A stretch of DNA of 64,000 nt, from positions 160 through 64,159 of the forward strand of contig MGGS01000016.1 of assembly GCA_001792535.1 (NCBI GenBank), given 5' to 3'. Position numbers and translations under genes: made by a program. Below, one piece after another: positions 8,518-18,029 of the stretch. A model generated the notes under the pieces. The model worked only from the letters and a program-made list of their open reading frames with translations. It had not been told where the DNA came from and made no database searches. This DNA is from Candidatus Woesebacteria bacterium RIFCSPHIGHO2_02_FULL_42_20. GTDB taxonomy: Bacteria > Patescibacteriota > Microgenomatia > UBA8517. Every line of letters begins with the position of its first letter. Position 1 is the first letter of the stretch.

Positions 8518-8775
8518 ATGTAATCTAAGTATAACAAATTTAAGACATGATCATTTTCGTGAATGTCTTGTTGCTTTTGTATTACAAGTTTTGGTATATT
8601 TTAGTTGGACTCAACTTTTACCAATTGCTATTTTTAATGGCGCATTTGGACAATCTGAGCAATCGGGTTGAGTCCACCGGATGCGCCATTTGAGATTTAT
8701 AAAAGTTCTTTAAAATTTTTGCGTTTTTTCTAGACAAAATCAGAAATGATTTTGTCTTATACGAGCCGACAGTTT

Positions 8776-8940
8776 CGGAGGCACGGCGGGTGCCCGTAAA
8801 AAACTCTGAGGAGTTTTTCAGGGTAAAGGGGTTTATACTGTAACGAAGTTACATGTACGCCGCGCTCACATTGCGAGCCGAGCGGGGCGAGGCGAGCTAA
8901 TCAAATGAAGTTCGACATTTTTTGTAAACGGCCAGCCAAG
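8776..8940 (-). repeat. 165-bp inverted repeat, right arm
   Basis: Exact reverse complement of 7388-7552. Confidence 0.95.
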
Positions 8941-9194
8941 GATTCGAACGTATTTGTCGAAACCTGCTGTATACCTGAAACTTCAGAACTCGGAGTCGGA
9001 GTAGCAGAAATATCTTTTTGGTGCTCATAAACCGCCACGCCCACAGCTGTCGTCCCTGCCACAACTGTGCCGGCAAGCAAAATTTTGCCGAGTAACGTTC
9101 CGAATATAGCGGATATAAATTGGCCGACTTGTATTGTATCGGCGCTCAGGCCCAAAAACTCCCGTAGTTTAGACGTCTTTTTCTTCTCCTCCAT
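8901..9194 (-). CDS. Membrane-anchored protein, probably truncated by the inverted repeat
   Basis: TM segment, ATPTPSS linker, then the frame runs into the repeat (LAGRLQKMSNFI*). Confidence 0.5.
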   Translation of the reverse strand: MEEKKKTSKLREFLGLSADTIQVGQFISAIFGTLLGKILLAGTVVAGTTAVGVAVYEHQKDISATPTPSSEVSGIQQVSTNTFESLAGRLQKMSNFI

Positions 9195-9321
9195 TTCAAA
9201 GTGAGTATACACCTGGAGACTAAAAAATTTCTATGTTATCCTGTTGCAAACCAAATCTTTCTTTAAATTTCCGGCGCTATTTTGCACAACTTAAATATCT
9301 TGATTGTTGTAAAATTCAAGA

Positions 9322-10500
9322 ATGAAACGAAACATAAAAATTACCTACTTACTAAGCTATCTTAAACACTCATGGTTTTGGATCGGCATTTGGGTTTTTT
9401 ATTATTTGCGATTCACCGACTACGCAGGTATAGGCCTAATTGAAACCGTCATGATTGGCACAATGTCTTTATCAGAAATACCCACAGGTGCCATCGGAGA
9501 TTTATTTGGTAAAAGAGTTACCCTTTTTATAGGCTTTTTCATGGAATCCGCGGGAAATTTTATAATGGCTTTTGCGCCCAATTTTAATGTTTTGGTCCTG
9601 TCTGTTATTATAATGTCTTTTGGCGGATCAATGTACTCGGGTACGTCAGAGGCACTTGCTTACGACTCGCTAAAACAAATCGGCAAAGAACGAAATTACA
9701 ATAAAGTCACAGCAAACTCACAATCTTTTCAATGGATTGCCGTTACACTTACAGGAATAATAGGAGGGCTTTTATACAAAATTAACCCTTCGTACCCGTT
9801 TATAGCTTCGGGAATTTTCTTTTTTATTGGAGCGCTATTATGCCTTTTAATACACGAGCCCAGAATTGATACCGAAAAATTTTCTATTAGAAATTTCATA
9901 AATCAAAACAAGATCGGACTTAGAAGCTTATTTATAAATAGCGAAGTGAAACGGCTAACACTTTTTCTCGCGGCGATAGGAGCAATAATAGTTCTTTCTT
10001 GGGAAATGCTTGATGGTATATTAGGGATGGAGTTCGGCTATGATCCGCTAGGTCTTTCCGTTTTGTCGGCAGTTTTGTTTTTAGCAGCGGCTGGGGCATC
10101 ACAATTGACTGCGTTTTTACATGAAAGGTTCGGGGCATCAAAAGCAATAATATTTCTCGCAATAATAACAATTGTTACTTTTTTAGTGTCACCTATTGCC
10201 GGCCTTATTATCGGAGGACTAAGTTTAATTCTTCGGTCAGCAGTACAAACGATAATAGTGAACTTAACTTCCGTTGTGATAAATGAGAACGTAGAATCAA
10301 AATATCGAGCTACAGCGCTTTCATCTTTTAATATGTTTAAAAACCTGCCTTACGTTCTGTCGGCCTATCTTCTTGGCAGCTTGATGGATACAATAACTGC
10401 CAGAAATTTTGCCTTTGTTTTAGGGGTATTGCTCGGAACACTACTTCTAATTAATAGTATTAGAACTAAAAATACCAGTAAACGTTATGCTAAAATGTAG
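9322..10500 (+). CDS. MFS transporter
   Basis: EIPTGAIGDLFGKR motif A, SGTSEALAYDSL, about 12 hydrophobic segments. Confidence 0.9.
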   Translation: MKRNIKITYLLSYLKHSWFWIGIWVFYYLRFTDYAGIGLIETVMIGTMSLSEIPTGAIGDLFGKRVTLFIGFFMESAGNFIMAFAPNFNVLVLSVIIMSFGGSMYSGTSEALAYDSLKQIGKERNYNKVTANSQSFQWIAVTLTGIIGGLLYKINPSYPFIASGIFFFIGALLCLLIHEPRIDTEKFSIRNFINQNKIGLRSLFINSEVKRLTLFLAAIGAIIVLSWEMLDGILGMEFGYDPLGLSVLSAVLFLAAAGASQLTAFLHERFGASKAIIFLAIITIVTFLVSPIAGLIIGGLSLILRSAVQTIIVNLTSVVINENVESKYRATALSSFNMFKNLPYVLSAYLLGSLMDTITARNFAFVLGVLLGTLLLINSIRTKNTSKRYAKM

Positions 10501-10502
10501 AC

Positions 10503-10883
10503 ATGAAAATTATTAAAAAAGTCTACAAAATAAAATCTTCGGTCGAAAAAGTATGGGATGCGCTAACTAATCCAGTGACTATGGACAAATGGGGCGCAAA
10601 CTCCGCCAAAATGAGCGACAAGCAAGACTTTGAGTTTTCGCTTTGGAATGGAGATATCTGGGGAAAAAACACAGAGGTTGTCTCCGGCAAAAAACTGGTG
10701 CAGGAGTGGTTTGCAGGAAAATGGTCCAAGCCTTCCATTGTTACTTTTACTTTGTCCGAAAAAGACGGAGTCACTACTCTGGCTTTGGTACATACCGGTG
10801 TCCCGGAAAAAGAGTTTGATTCGATAAATACTGGCTGGGACAGTTTTTACCTGGGAGAAATCAAAAAACTTCTTGAGCCTTAG
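10503..10883 (+). CDS. SRPBCC/AHSA1 (START-like) protein
   Basis: EKVWDALTNP...KLVQEW...LVHTGVP...GWDSFY. Confidence 0.85.
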   Translation: MKIIKKVYKIKSSVEKVWDALTNPVTMDKWGANSAKMSDKQDFEFSLWNGDIWGKNTEVVSGKKLVQEWFAGKWSKPSIVTFTLSEKDGVTTLALVHTGVPEKEFDSINTGWDSFYLGEIKKLLEP

Positions 10884-11233
10884 TTAAATAATTCTCGTTT
10901 TAATAAATTAAGTGCCTCTACTAATAGTTTTCTGTTTTTTTCATTGTGTTTCCAGATGCTTGCTCCCGATGGGTGTGGTAGTGGAATTATCGACAGCTCT
11001 TTTTCCAATAAATTATACGGATCCAACTTGTACATATTCCCAATTACACTGTTTAATTGGCTAAACTGCATATCCAGACAATAACAAATAGATAATTTTC
11101 CAACAGGAACAACTAACTGCGGATTAAAATCTGAGATTCCAATTGAATAAAGCCAGTTGTTTAGCGTCGGCCAGTCATGCAAATCGCTCTTGTTTCTGGG
11201 CATCGCCTGGCCAATAAAAATTGCCCGCTTCAT
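10880..11233 (-). CDS. Uracil-DNA glycosylase-like protein, apparently internally deleted
   Basis: FIGQA motif 1 and LPHPSG motif 2 in only 117 aa. Confidence 0.65.
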   Translation of the reverse strand: MKRAIFIGQAMPRNKSDLHDWPTLNNWLYSIGISDFNPQLVVPVGKLSICYCLDMQFSQLNSVIGNMYKLDPYNLLEKELSIIPLPHPSGASIWKHNEKNRKLLVEALNLLKRELFN

Positions 11234-12261
11234 TACAGGTTTTCTTTGAAAAACTCCACTGTCCGTTGCATAGCGGTCGTAAAACTTAATCCCGTAAGAT
11301 TGTGGCCACCTGAGGGATATTCAAATAGCTCGTGGCTTATCTTTGTGTCGTCTAATATCTCCATTAAATCACGACTGTAGCCGATGTTCACCACCCCATC
11401 GTCTACGGCGTGATGTATTTGAACAGCGCCACCTACACCAGCCAAATAATTCGTGGGGACAACTTGGTACCAAAAGTCGCTCGTGGGGTTGAAATCGCCA
11501 TGAGTATTTCTAAGCTCCTCGCGCTTTTTTCTCCTTTCGGATTCTTGAGGCGGAGGCTGATAACTGTTATCGCTAATTCTATACTTTTGCATGTCTTCAT
11601 AACTGTAAACTGCACCCGCCCAAATGACCACAGCCCGAATATCCTGCAACGCTACAAGGCTTCTAAAGACAATGTTGCCAGCCATCGAGTGACCCCAAAG
11701 GCCAATTTTGGCCTGATCAACAAAGTCCGCACCAAAAAGAGCGGCACGCGCATTCAGAGTATCAATAATATAATCTCCCGAATAATAAGCTCCACTGGCA
11801 ACGCCCTCTGATTTAGCATGCCCCCGCAGGTCAATTTTGAAAACCACAAAACCATTTTTTGCCAAATAATCAACGTAAGAATTATAGTTAGCTGTCGTCT
11901 TGTAACTTGCCGGAGGGATGTAGCCGTGGATAAAAATAATCGCCGGCCAGGGGGGTGAACCCGTCGAAGGCACAGTTATAAGTCCGTTTATCTTTAGACC
12001 ATCCGAGTTATAGCTTGTCAAATAAGAAGTGTATTGAGTGTTTTCGGAATATTTTTCAAGATTACCTAACTTACTCTCGTAAGTTCTTTCCCGTAAATAC
12101 GGAAGTGTAATTTTCCTAAACTCAAGTGATATAGAATTAACCGGTTCGGAAGTTTTCTGAGGAGCCGAAACCCCTCCGGTTGACACAGAAATTTGCATTC
12201 TCGATAGCACATAGAAAATCACTGCCGTAGCTGTCACAAACCCCAACAATTTTTTTGACAT
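11233..12261 (-). CDS. Membrane-anchored alpha/beta hydrolase (S9-like peptidase)
   Basis: HGYIPP, GHSMAG nucleophile elbow, GGHN. Confidence 0.85.
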   Translation of the reverse strand: MSKKLLGFVTATAVIFYVLSRMQISVSTGGVSAPQKTSEPVNSISLEFRKITLPYLRERTYESKLGNLEKYSENTQYTSYLTSYNSDGLKINGLITVPSTGSPPWPAIIFIHGYIPPASYKTTANYNSYVDYLAKNGFVVFKIDLRGHAKSEGVASGAYYSGDYIIDTLNARAALFGADFVDQAKIGLWGHSMAGNIVFRSLVALQDIRAVVIWAGAVYSYEDMQKYRISDNSYQPPPQESERRKKREELRNTHGDFNPTSDFWYQVVPTNYLAGVGGAVQIHHAVDDGVVNIGYSRDLMEILDDTKISHELFEYPSGGHNLTGLSFTTAMQRTVEFFKENL

Positions 12262-12310
12262 CCGTATAGTTTACAATAAATGTACAATACTGTCCGAAGA
12301 GCTCTTTTAG

Positions 12311-13072
12311 TCAATTTTTAAACAAAAGGCTTAACAAAAAGGCAGAGATTGATATTAAAACAACAATTGGTCCCGGCGCCACCCCTAAAGATTGTGCAAC
12401 CAGTATTCCGCAAGCGGCCGAAGCCACACCAATAACCGAAGACATTATCTGAAAACTTCTAACACTTTTTGTCATGTTTTTCGCAGCTACGGCGGGAACG
12501 ATTACTAATGCACCCGTCAAAAGCGTTCCTACAAACTTCACGCCGAGTGCAACAACCAGGCCAACCAAAAGAAGATATGCAAGGTTTACTTTGTGCATTT
12601 TGACGCCCATCGACCGGGCCAGATCTTCCGAAACTACCCCAAGGAGCAGCCTGTCAGACAACTTCATTGCACCAAAGAAAATCAAAATCGATCCGCAAAT
12701 CGTTACTAATCCGTCAAACAAATTTATATTTTCAATATTGCCAAAAAGAGCTTCGAGCAATTCCGGCTCCGGTGTTATTAAAATTCCCATTGCCAAACTT
12801 GCAGTAAAGAAAACCCCGACCAAGGCTTCAGAGTAAACTTCCGTCTTTTCCCCTAAATACCAAATTCCGAAAACCGCAAAAGTCAAAGCCATTATCGCCC
12901 CGACAATGGGGTTTAGGGAAAACGTGAGTGCAATCGCCATTCCGGGAAGAGCCACATGGCTTAAAGCATCACCAACCAAAGACATTCTCTTTAAAACCAT
13001 AAAAGACCCCAGTAATCCCGAAGATGCTCCCACTAAAGATCCCACCAATATAAGGAAAATTGTATTAGCCAT
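12311..13072 (-). CDS. znuB: Metal ABC transporter permease (ZnuB-like)
   Basis: GDALSHVALPG motif. Confidence 0.85.
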   Translation of the reverse strand: MANTIFLILVGSLVGASSGLLGSFMVLKRMSLVGDALSHVALPGMAIALTFSLNPIVGAIMALTFAVFGIWYLGEKTEVYSEALVGVFFTASLAMGILITPEPELLEALFGNIENINLFDGLVTICGSILIFFGAMKLSDRLLLGVVSEDLARSMGVKMHKVNLAYLLLVGLVVALGVKFVGTLLTGALVIVPAVAAKNMTKSVRSFQIMSSVIGVASAACGILVAQSLGVAPGPIVVLISISAFLLSLLFKN

Positions 13073-13799
13073 TGTGCTGATGTTCGTGATGTTTAAAAAA
13101 GTTAACCTCATCCCCGTAAAGCCGATTTAAGCTTGTTTTATCTATGGCGCTTCGGGGTGGACCAAAACACACCTTCTCTTTATTTAAACAAAGTACGTTC
13201 GCAGCATACTTATAAACAACCTCCAACTCGTGAGATATAAAAATAATAGTCAAATCTTCTTCTTCTTTTAATTTACTTATCAAGCTGTAGACCGTTTCTT
13301 CCGCAGATATATCCACACCGCTAGTAGGCTCGTCGAAAAGCAAAACATTAGGTCTACCAAGTATCGCAAAAGCAATTAGCACCCTCTGGAGCTCTCCACC
13401 GGACAATACTCCCAATTTTGTTCCTAAAAGCCGGCTTCCTCTGTGAATGGAGTGCAAATTATCACTTCCAAATCCCACTTTAATTAACGCCTCCTCAACT
13501 TTTAAGTGATCCTTCTCCTTAAACGACAAAAATTCATCCACGGTAAGCGGAACGTCTTTATCTACATACAACTTTTGAGGAACATAGCCAATAGTAGCAC
13601 CGCTCGCCCAAATCACTTTTCCCTTGTACGGTAATAAACCCAAAATGCATTTAAACAATACAGTTTTACCTGCGCCATTCGGGCCGATAATTGCCAGCGT
13701 GTCGTCCTTTTTAACATCAAAGGAAATATCTTCAAGAATTTTGTGGCCGTCAAATACTACATTTAAACCGGTTACTTTGAGTAATAAATCGTCTGTCAT
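13065..13799 (-). CDS. znuC: Metal ABC transporter ATPase (ZnuC-like)
   Basis: GPNGAGKT, LSGGE, DEPTSG and a His-rich tail. Confidence 0.85.
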   Translation of the reverse strand: MTDDLLLKVTGLNVVFDGHKILEDISFDVKKDDTLAIIGPNGAGKTVLFKCILGLLPYKGKVIWASGATIGYVPQKLYVDKDVPLTVDEFLSFKEKDHLKVEEALIKVGFGSDNLHSIHRGSRLLGTKLGVLSGGELQRVLIAFAILGRPNVLLFDEPTSGVDISAEETVYSLISKLKEEEDLTIIFISHELEVVYKYAANVLCLNKEKVCFGPPRSAIDKTSLNRLYGDEVNFFKHHEHQHNG

Positions 13800-13863
13800 T
13801 CCAAACCATTAAACAAATAAATGGCAAATCCCGTAAAATTCCAGTTTGTATTTTTTGCAATTT

Positions 13864-14217
13864 TCATTGACTAGATGGCTGTTGGAAGGCTTGTTGTGGC
13901 TTAGAGTCTGCTTCCATCAGCGAGTATACTTCGGTATAGCCACCGTTATGTTGGTGTGGTGCACTTCTAGCAATGTCCAGCGCTTCATTAAACGAGTCAA
14001 GGTTTACTACCATATAGCCGCCCGCCCCGTCTATAATGCTAGAAACGTGGTTTTCGGGCCCCTGGACTTTTTTTTGTTCTTCGGCAAAGGGCATGCCCGA
14101 CTCATATTTACCCTCGTTTGTTAACCCCTGGATCCAGGTTTTCCATTCTTCCATGTGGGTGACCTTTGTTTCGGGCGTCGGGTCCCCGCCTTTAAATACT
14201 AACAAAAACTTCGCCAT
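13864..14217 (-). CDS. YciI/DGPF-like dimeric alpha-beta barrel protein
   Basis: KFLLVF.GG...GGYMVV...EALDIA...EV. Confidence 0.6.
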   Translation of the reverse strand: MAKFLLVFKGGDPTPETKVTHMEEWKTWIQGLTNEGKYESGMPFAEEQKKVQGPENHVSSIIDGAGGYMVVNLDSFNEALDIARSAPHQHNGGYTEVYSLMEADSKPQQAFQQPSSQ

Positions 14218-14245
14218 ATATATCTCAAAATTAGTTTAACCAAAG

Positions 14246-14764
14246 TTATCCTGGATAGCAATTGGGCCAGAGATAACTTTTACCTACTGAAATTGCATAC
14301 GCTGCCGTTTGAGTCGCTTCTTCGGCGTTATAACGAAGGCCTAAGTTTGCATCTTCACCCATCGCAGACCTACTAGTTTTCCACGCACCCGGGCCGAACT
14401 GAAAAAGACCAACATAAACCCCATTAGTCGAATTTGCAATCAGTCCAGACTCGCAAATAGCCAAGTGTCGCAAGACATTCACGTCCACGCCGTACTGGAG
14501 CGCAAAGCGTACCAAAAATTCTTGTATTTGCTCTTGGTTAAATTGAGGTGGAGGAATTACGGTAGGGACCGGTGATTGAGTAGGCGTGGAAACCGGCGAA
14601 GGAGTTTTGGCCAAAAGCCGATCAGTCTCTGGCTGAGAACTCGGTACAGCGCCTGGAGTAAGGCTCGGTTCGGTAGGTTCCCTCTTATACCATCTGGTAA
14701 ACCAAGCAGCAAACATCACCGCTAAAAGGCATTCCAGTAAAAAAAACTTCTGCCAAGGTTTCAT
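14246..14764 (-). CDS. Membrane-anchored lytic transglycosylase/Rpf-like protein
   Basis: TM, Pro/Thr linker, CESG...GLFQF...W...WPNC. Confidence 0.7.
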   Translation of the reverse strand: MKPWQKFFLLECLLAVMFAAWFTRWYKREPTEPSLTPGAVPSSQPETDRLLAKTPSPVSTPTQSPVPTVIPPPQFNQEQIQEFLVRFALQYGVDVNVLRHLAICESGLIANSTNGVYVGLFQFGPGAWKTSRSAMGEDANLGLRYNAEEATQTAAYAISVGKSYLWPNCYPG

Positions 14765-14770
14765 AATTTA

Positions 14771-15088
14771 CTACTTTTGAAGGGCAGCGGCAGTTACCAA
14801 CAAGACAAGAAAAAACAAGCAAAGCCAAGCCGTCGTGTAAACGACCAAATTAATCGCCTCACGTTTTTTGTCATTGAAAAATAGTTTATAAGGCCTGTAA
14901 AATACAATCAGCCCGCAAACCAGACCTGAAACTATAAAAAGCACCAAAAAAGCTACTGGACCTAAGTAACTAGGAACTTTGCCAAAAATTTCATTCCCCC
15001 TCCAAAAAAGCAATCCCACCAAGCCACAATAAAATGTAATTCCAAGTGACTGAAGAAGAGCCATCAATTTCAGAGAGCTTTTACCCAC
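14771..15088 (-). CDS. Small 3-TM membrane protein
   Basis: Three hydrophobic segments. Confidence 0.7.
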   Translation of the reverse strand: MGKSSLKLMALLQSLGITFYCGLVGLLFWRGNEIFGKVPSYLGPVAFLVLFIVSGLVCGLIVFYRPYKLFFNDKKREAINLVVYTTAWLCLFFLVLLVTAAALQK

Positions 15089-15132
15089 AAATCAATTATA
15101 CTACCCGGGGCAAGCTGTGCTAAACTGACAGC

Positions 15133-15399
15133 ATGAACAAAGTAATTAAAAGAGACGGTAACGTGGAAGATTTTGACACCGGGAAAATTGAGCGGATTGC
15201 CAAAGCAGCCGGACTCAATGACGTTGACTCCCAAAAGGTTGCTAAAAATGTGGCTGAATGGGTGCTTGCTCAGGGCAAACCGGTACAGACCGTAGATATC
15301 CGAAATGAGGTCGTCAACGAATTACAAAAAGTAAATTCTTATGCGGCAAATCTTTATCTGTGGTATGAAACCACTAAATACAAGCAGGATAAAGTCTAG
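15133..15399 (+). CDS. Stand-alone ATP-cone protein
   Basis: VIKRDG.VEDFD..KI motif. Confidence 0.85.
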   Translation: MNKVIKRDGNVEDFDTGKIERIAKAAGLNDVDSQKVAKNVAEWVLAQGKPVQTVDIRNEVVNELQKVNSYAANLYLWYETTKYKQDKV

Positions 15400-15412
15400 T
15401 CTGCAACTATTC

Positions 15413-17179
15413 TCAACCTTCTTCACAATCTTCACACTCGCATTTTAGAGTCTTAAACCCTTCGTCGTTTAATAAGCTTTTTATCAAAGTGACCCTTCCA
15501 CCTTTTTTATCTGGTTCTCTCGCCAACTCCCAAACTAACATGTGAATCAGGTGTCTTGCAGTCTCAGTCAGGGCTCTGTTGCCAAATATTGCCTTTGCCT
15601 TAGGAACCACGTTTCGATTTAAATAGACTGCGGACAACAAAGCTCCACCTGGTGTTATTTCGGGATGCCCGTCTTTTCCTTGCCTCCTGGCTAGTCCCAT
15701 TAGCACTAAGTCATCCCAGGGAATTTTAGAAGCTCTGAAACTTAGCGACCTGTGTCTATAATACGCACCCAATGGCACCATAAAACCTGTCTTGGGAACT
15801 TTTTTATCAGATGCTGCGGCGTTAGCGACCTCTTTGTTGGTAGCCGGTTTAAGTACCTGCAAAAACCTTTCATCCGGCTCGGGAGTTTCTAAAACGGTTT
15901 TTACTAAGTCGGCTTTAACCTCTCCTACCTCAGACGATTTAACTCCCGCAACAGTGATTGGAATGGGCAACTCCGCAGGTTTTTGGTCTTCAAGTTCGCG
16001 CAAAACCTCAGCAAGAGTAAAAGCTTCTGCCTCTCTGATAAGTATTGCGGTTTTATACGTTGCAGTCAAGATTCTCGCCTTGACTTCCGCCAAAAGTAAC
16101 TGGTCGATTCTTCTTTGAGGACCAGTCTCAATGCTACTCATTGCCTCGGCAATTGTCTTTCCACTATACAAAGTTATTATTCTCTCAATCTCTTTCGGTC
16201 CTATCCCAAGAAACTCACAGACCCCCAATACTTTCTCAACTTTATTTTCTGACATCGGCAGCTTGCCCGAATACGCTAGTGAAACGTCGTCGCCCATTAC
16301 AAACCGCTGATCAAAATCGGCAAACATTACCTGTCCGATTTCTTCTTTACCCGGTATGTCATCACCATTAACCCTTGCTCCCAACTCCTCCCAAGCAACT
16401 TCGGGAAATTCCGGGTCCAATTGATCGGCAATTCTAAGCCTATCTGAGCCACCACCGGCAAATCCCCTAACGTGAACTACAAGAGGTATTTGTCTAGATA
16501 GAAAATCTCTAATTCTAGTCCTATTCAAATGACCAACTTTATAAACGTTGTGCTCTCCACGATTTACATAACCCACCTCTTCCAAAGCTTTCATATTTCT
16601 ATATGCCGATGTCCTCTCCAAACCAGATAGTTCAACTATCGCTTTTCCAATAACTTTTCCGTCGTCTAATCCAACTAGGCCAGAAATTCTAGAAAGGAAA
16701 TCCGCCAAGTGCGGTTCGAGTAGTCTTTCATCCGTCTCGTCAGCAACCCAATTGTTAAAATTTCTTTGATTTAGTATATGTGGCGGCTCGGGTCTGGAGA
16801 GCGCTTCGAGAAAATTATTTGGTCTTGTCAAAAGTCTGTAGCCAAGCCTTTTCGACACTTCTAGTAGTCCTACCTCCGAAAGTGGTCCTAGCATATGTTC
16901 ATATAACTGCTCTAGAGTAAAATGACCCTCTGCCACTGCCGCTACCTCCTGGCGAGTTATCCATGGAACAAGAGATTGATTTACTTTTAGCCTCGTCAGC
17001 TCACCAAAGTAAGCTGCCATTGCTTTAGTTTCTTCAACCATTCTGACAGAAGCCACACTTCCGCCCTGGCGCAAAACCTGCAGGTCTATCAAAGAGTGAT
17101 CAACTTCCACAATCACCCTACCTGTAAACGGTTCGGAAATTTCTGCCGGCTGGCGACGTCTAATTTCAAGCATTAACAA
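15413..17179 (-). CDS. Large hypothetical protein with a possible winged-HTH segment
   Basis: 588-aa ORF; IVELSGLERTSAYRNMKALEEVGYV resembles wHTH. Confidence 0.55.
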   Translation of the reverse strand: MLMLEIRRRQPAEISEPFTGRVIVEVDHSLIDLQVLRQGGSVASVRMVEETKAMAAYFGELTRLKVNQSLVPWITRQEVAAVAEGHFTLEQLYEHMLGPLSEVGLLEVSKRLGYRLLTRPNNFLEALSRPEPPHILNQRNFNNWVADETDERLLEPHLADFLSRISGLVGLDDGKVIGKAIVELSGLERTSAYRNMKALEEVGYVNRGEHNVYKVGHLNRTRIRDFLSRQIPLVVHVRGFAGGGSDRLRIADQLDPEFPEVAWEELGARVNGDDIPGKEEIGQVMFADFDQRFVMGDDVSLAYSGKLPMSENKVEKVLGVCEFLGIGPKEIERIITLYSGKTIAEAMSSIETGPQRRIDQLLLAEVKARILTATYKTAILIREAEAFTLAEVLRELEDQKPAELPIPITVAGVKSSEVGEVKADLVKTVLETPEPDERFLQVLKPATNKEVANAAASDKKVPKTGFMVPLGAYYRHRSLSFRASKIPWDDLVLMGLARRQGKDGHPEITPGGALLSAVYLNRNVVPKAKAIFGNRALTETARHLIHMLVWELAREPDKKGGRVTLIKSLLNDEGFKTLKCECEDCEEG

Positions 17180-17244
17180 ATTATACTATATCTTATAGTT
17201 TGGTTCTAGCGCACAACTTGAAATGTTTGTTATATAATTGCGCA

Positions 17245-17574
17245 ATGACAAAGTATCAAGAATATTTCGAGCGAATGCTAAGCCAAAACAAGAAATTTTT
17301 CGATGAATTCAAGCTCATCCATGACAAATTTGCTTTAGACCAAGACCGTTGCCAGAATGAATACAACGAAATAGGAAGTAAGGCACTTTTAATAATTAAA
17401 GACTGGGAAGACAGGCTTTGCAAACAGTCGGAAAAGGCAGGCTACTCAACATTCACCGGTGGATTAGCCGAAAAATTTCAAGCCGAGATAAGAAGAAATT
17501 TTGCCATGATAGACTGGATCGGCGTATTAAATAAATCGTCAGAAAAAGACTTCGTTCTAAAAAAGCTACTTTGA
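17245..17574 (+). CDS. Hypothetical protein
   Basis: ORF with TATAAT-6nt-ATG. Confidence 0.7.
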   Translation: MTKYQEYFERMLSQNKKFFDEFKLIHDKFALDQDRCQNEYNEIGSKALLIIKDWEDRLCKQSEKAGYSTFTGGLAEKFQAEIRRNFAMIDWIGVLNKSSEKDFVLKKLL

Positions 17575-17976
17575 ACCCAAACTTTCCTTGTCAAAAGAAA
17601 AAACCAAATTCCTTTTCGCGGGTCCATTAAATTCGATCAAAACCACCCTCTGCCATTTTCCGAGCTTGAGTTTACTTCCCTTAAAGGGTATACAAACAGA
17701 AGGACCAATGAGCGTTGCCAATATGTGATCCTGCACATGCGTCGGGTCGTGAGGGTGGATGTAATCGAGTTTCGGAATAAGCTGACCGAACGCTTTTATC
17801 ATGTCTTTATCTGTCCCCGGATCAAGGTCAGCTGTCGTAACTGCACAAGTTGTGTGCTTGACAAAGATGGTACACATTCCCTCGCCCTCACCGACACTTT
17901 TGAGTTCCTGCTCAATTTGCGGGGTAATGTCAACCACTTCACGCAGCTTTTTTGTCTCAACGACTAAATCAATCAT
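17566..17976 (-). CDS. yjbQ: YjbQ/UPF0047 family protein
   Basis: HTTCA, LGKWQRV...EFNGP. Confidence 0.85.
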   Translation of the reverse strand: MIDLVVETKKLREVVDITPQIEQELKSVGEGEGMCTIFVKHTTCAVTTADLDPGTDKDMIKAFGQLIPKLDYIHPHDPTHVQDHILATLIGPSVCIPFKGSKLKLGKWQRVVLIEFNGPAKRNLVFSFDKESLGSK

Positions 17977-18029
17977 ACAATTTATAATACCACAAACGCC
18001 AATCCTGGATTTAGAGGTCAAGAAATTGG

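Noticed and set aside
8930-8950. GGATTCGAAC (antisense tRNA T-loop) at the right repeat junction as a tRNA gene
   Set aside because: No cloverleaf can be built and the bases lie within ORF 8901..9194; at most a coincidental att-like motif.
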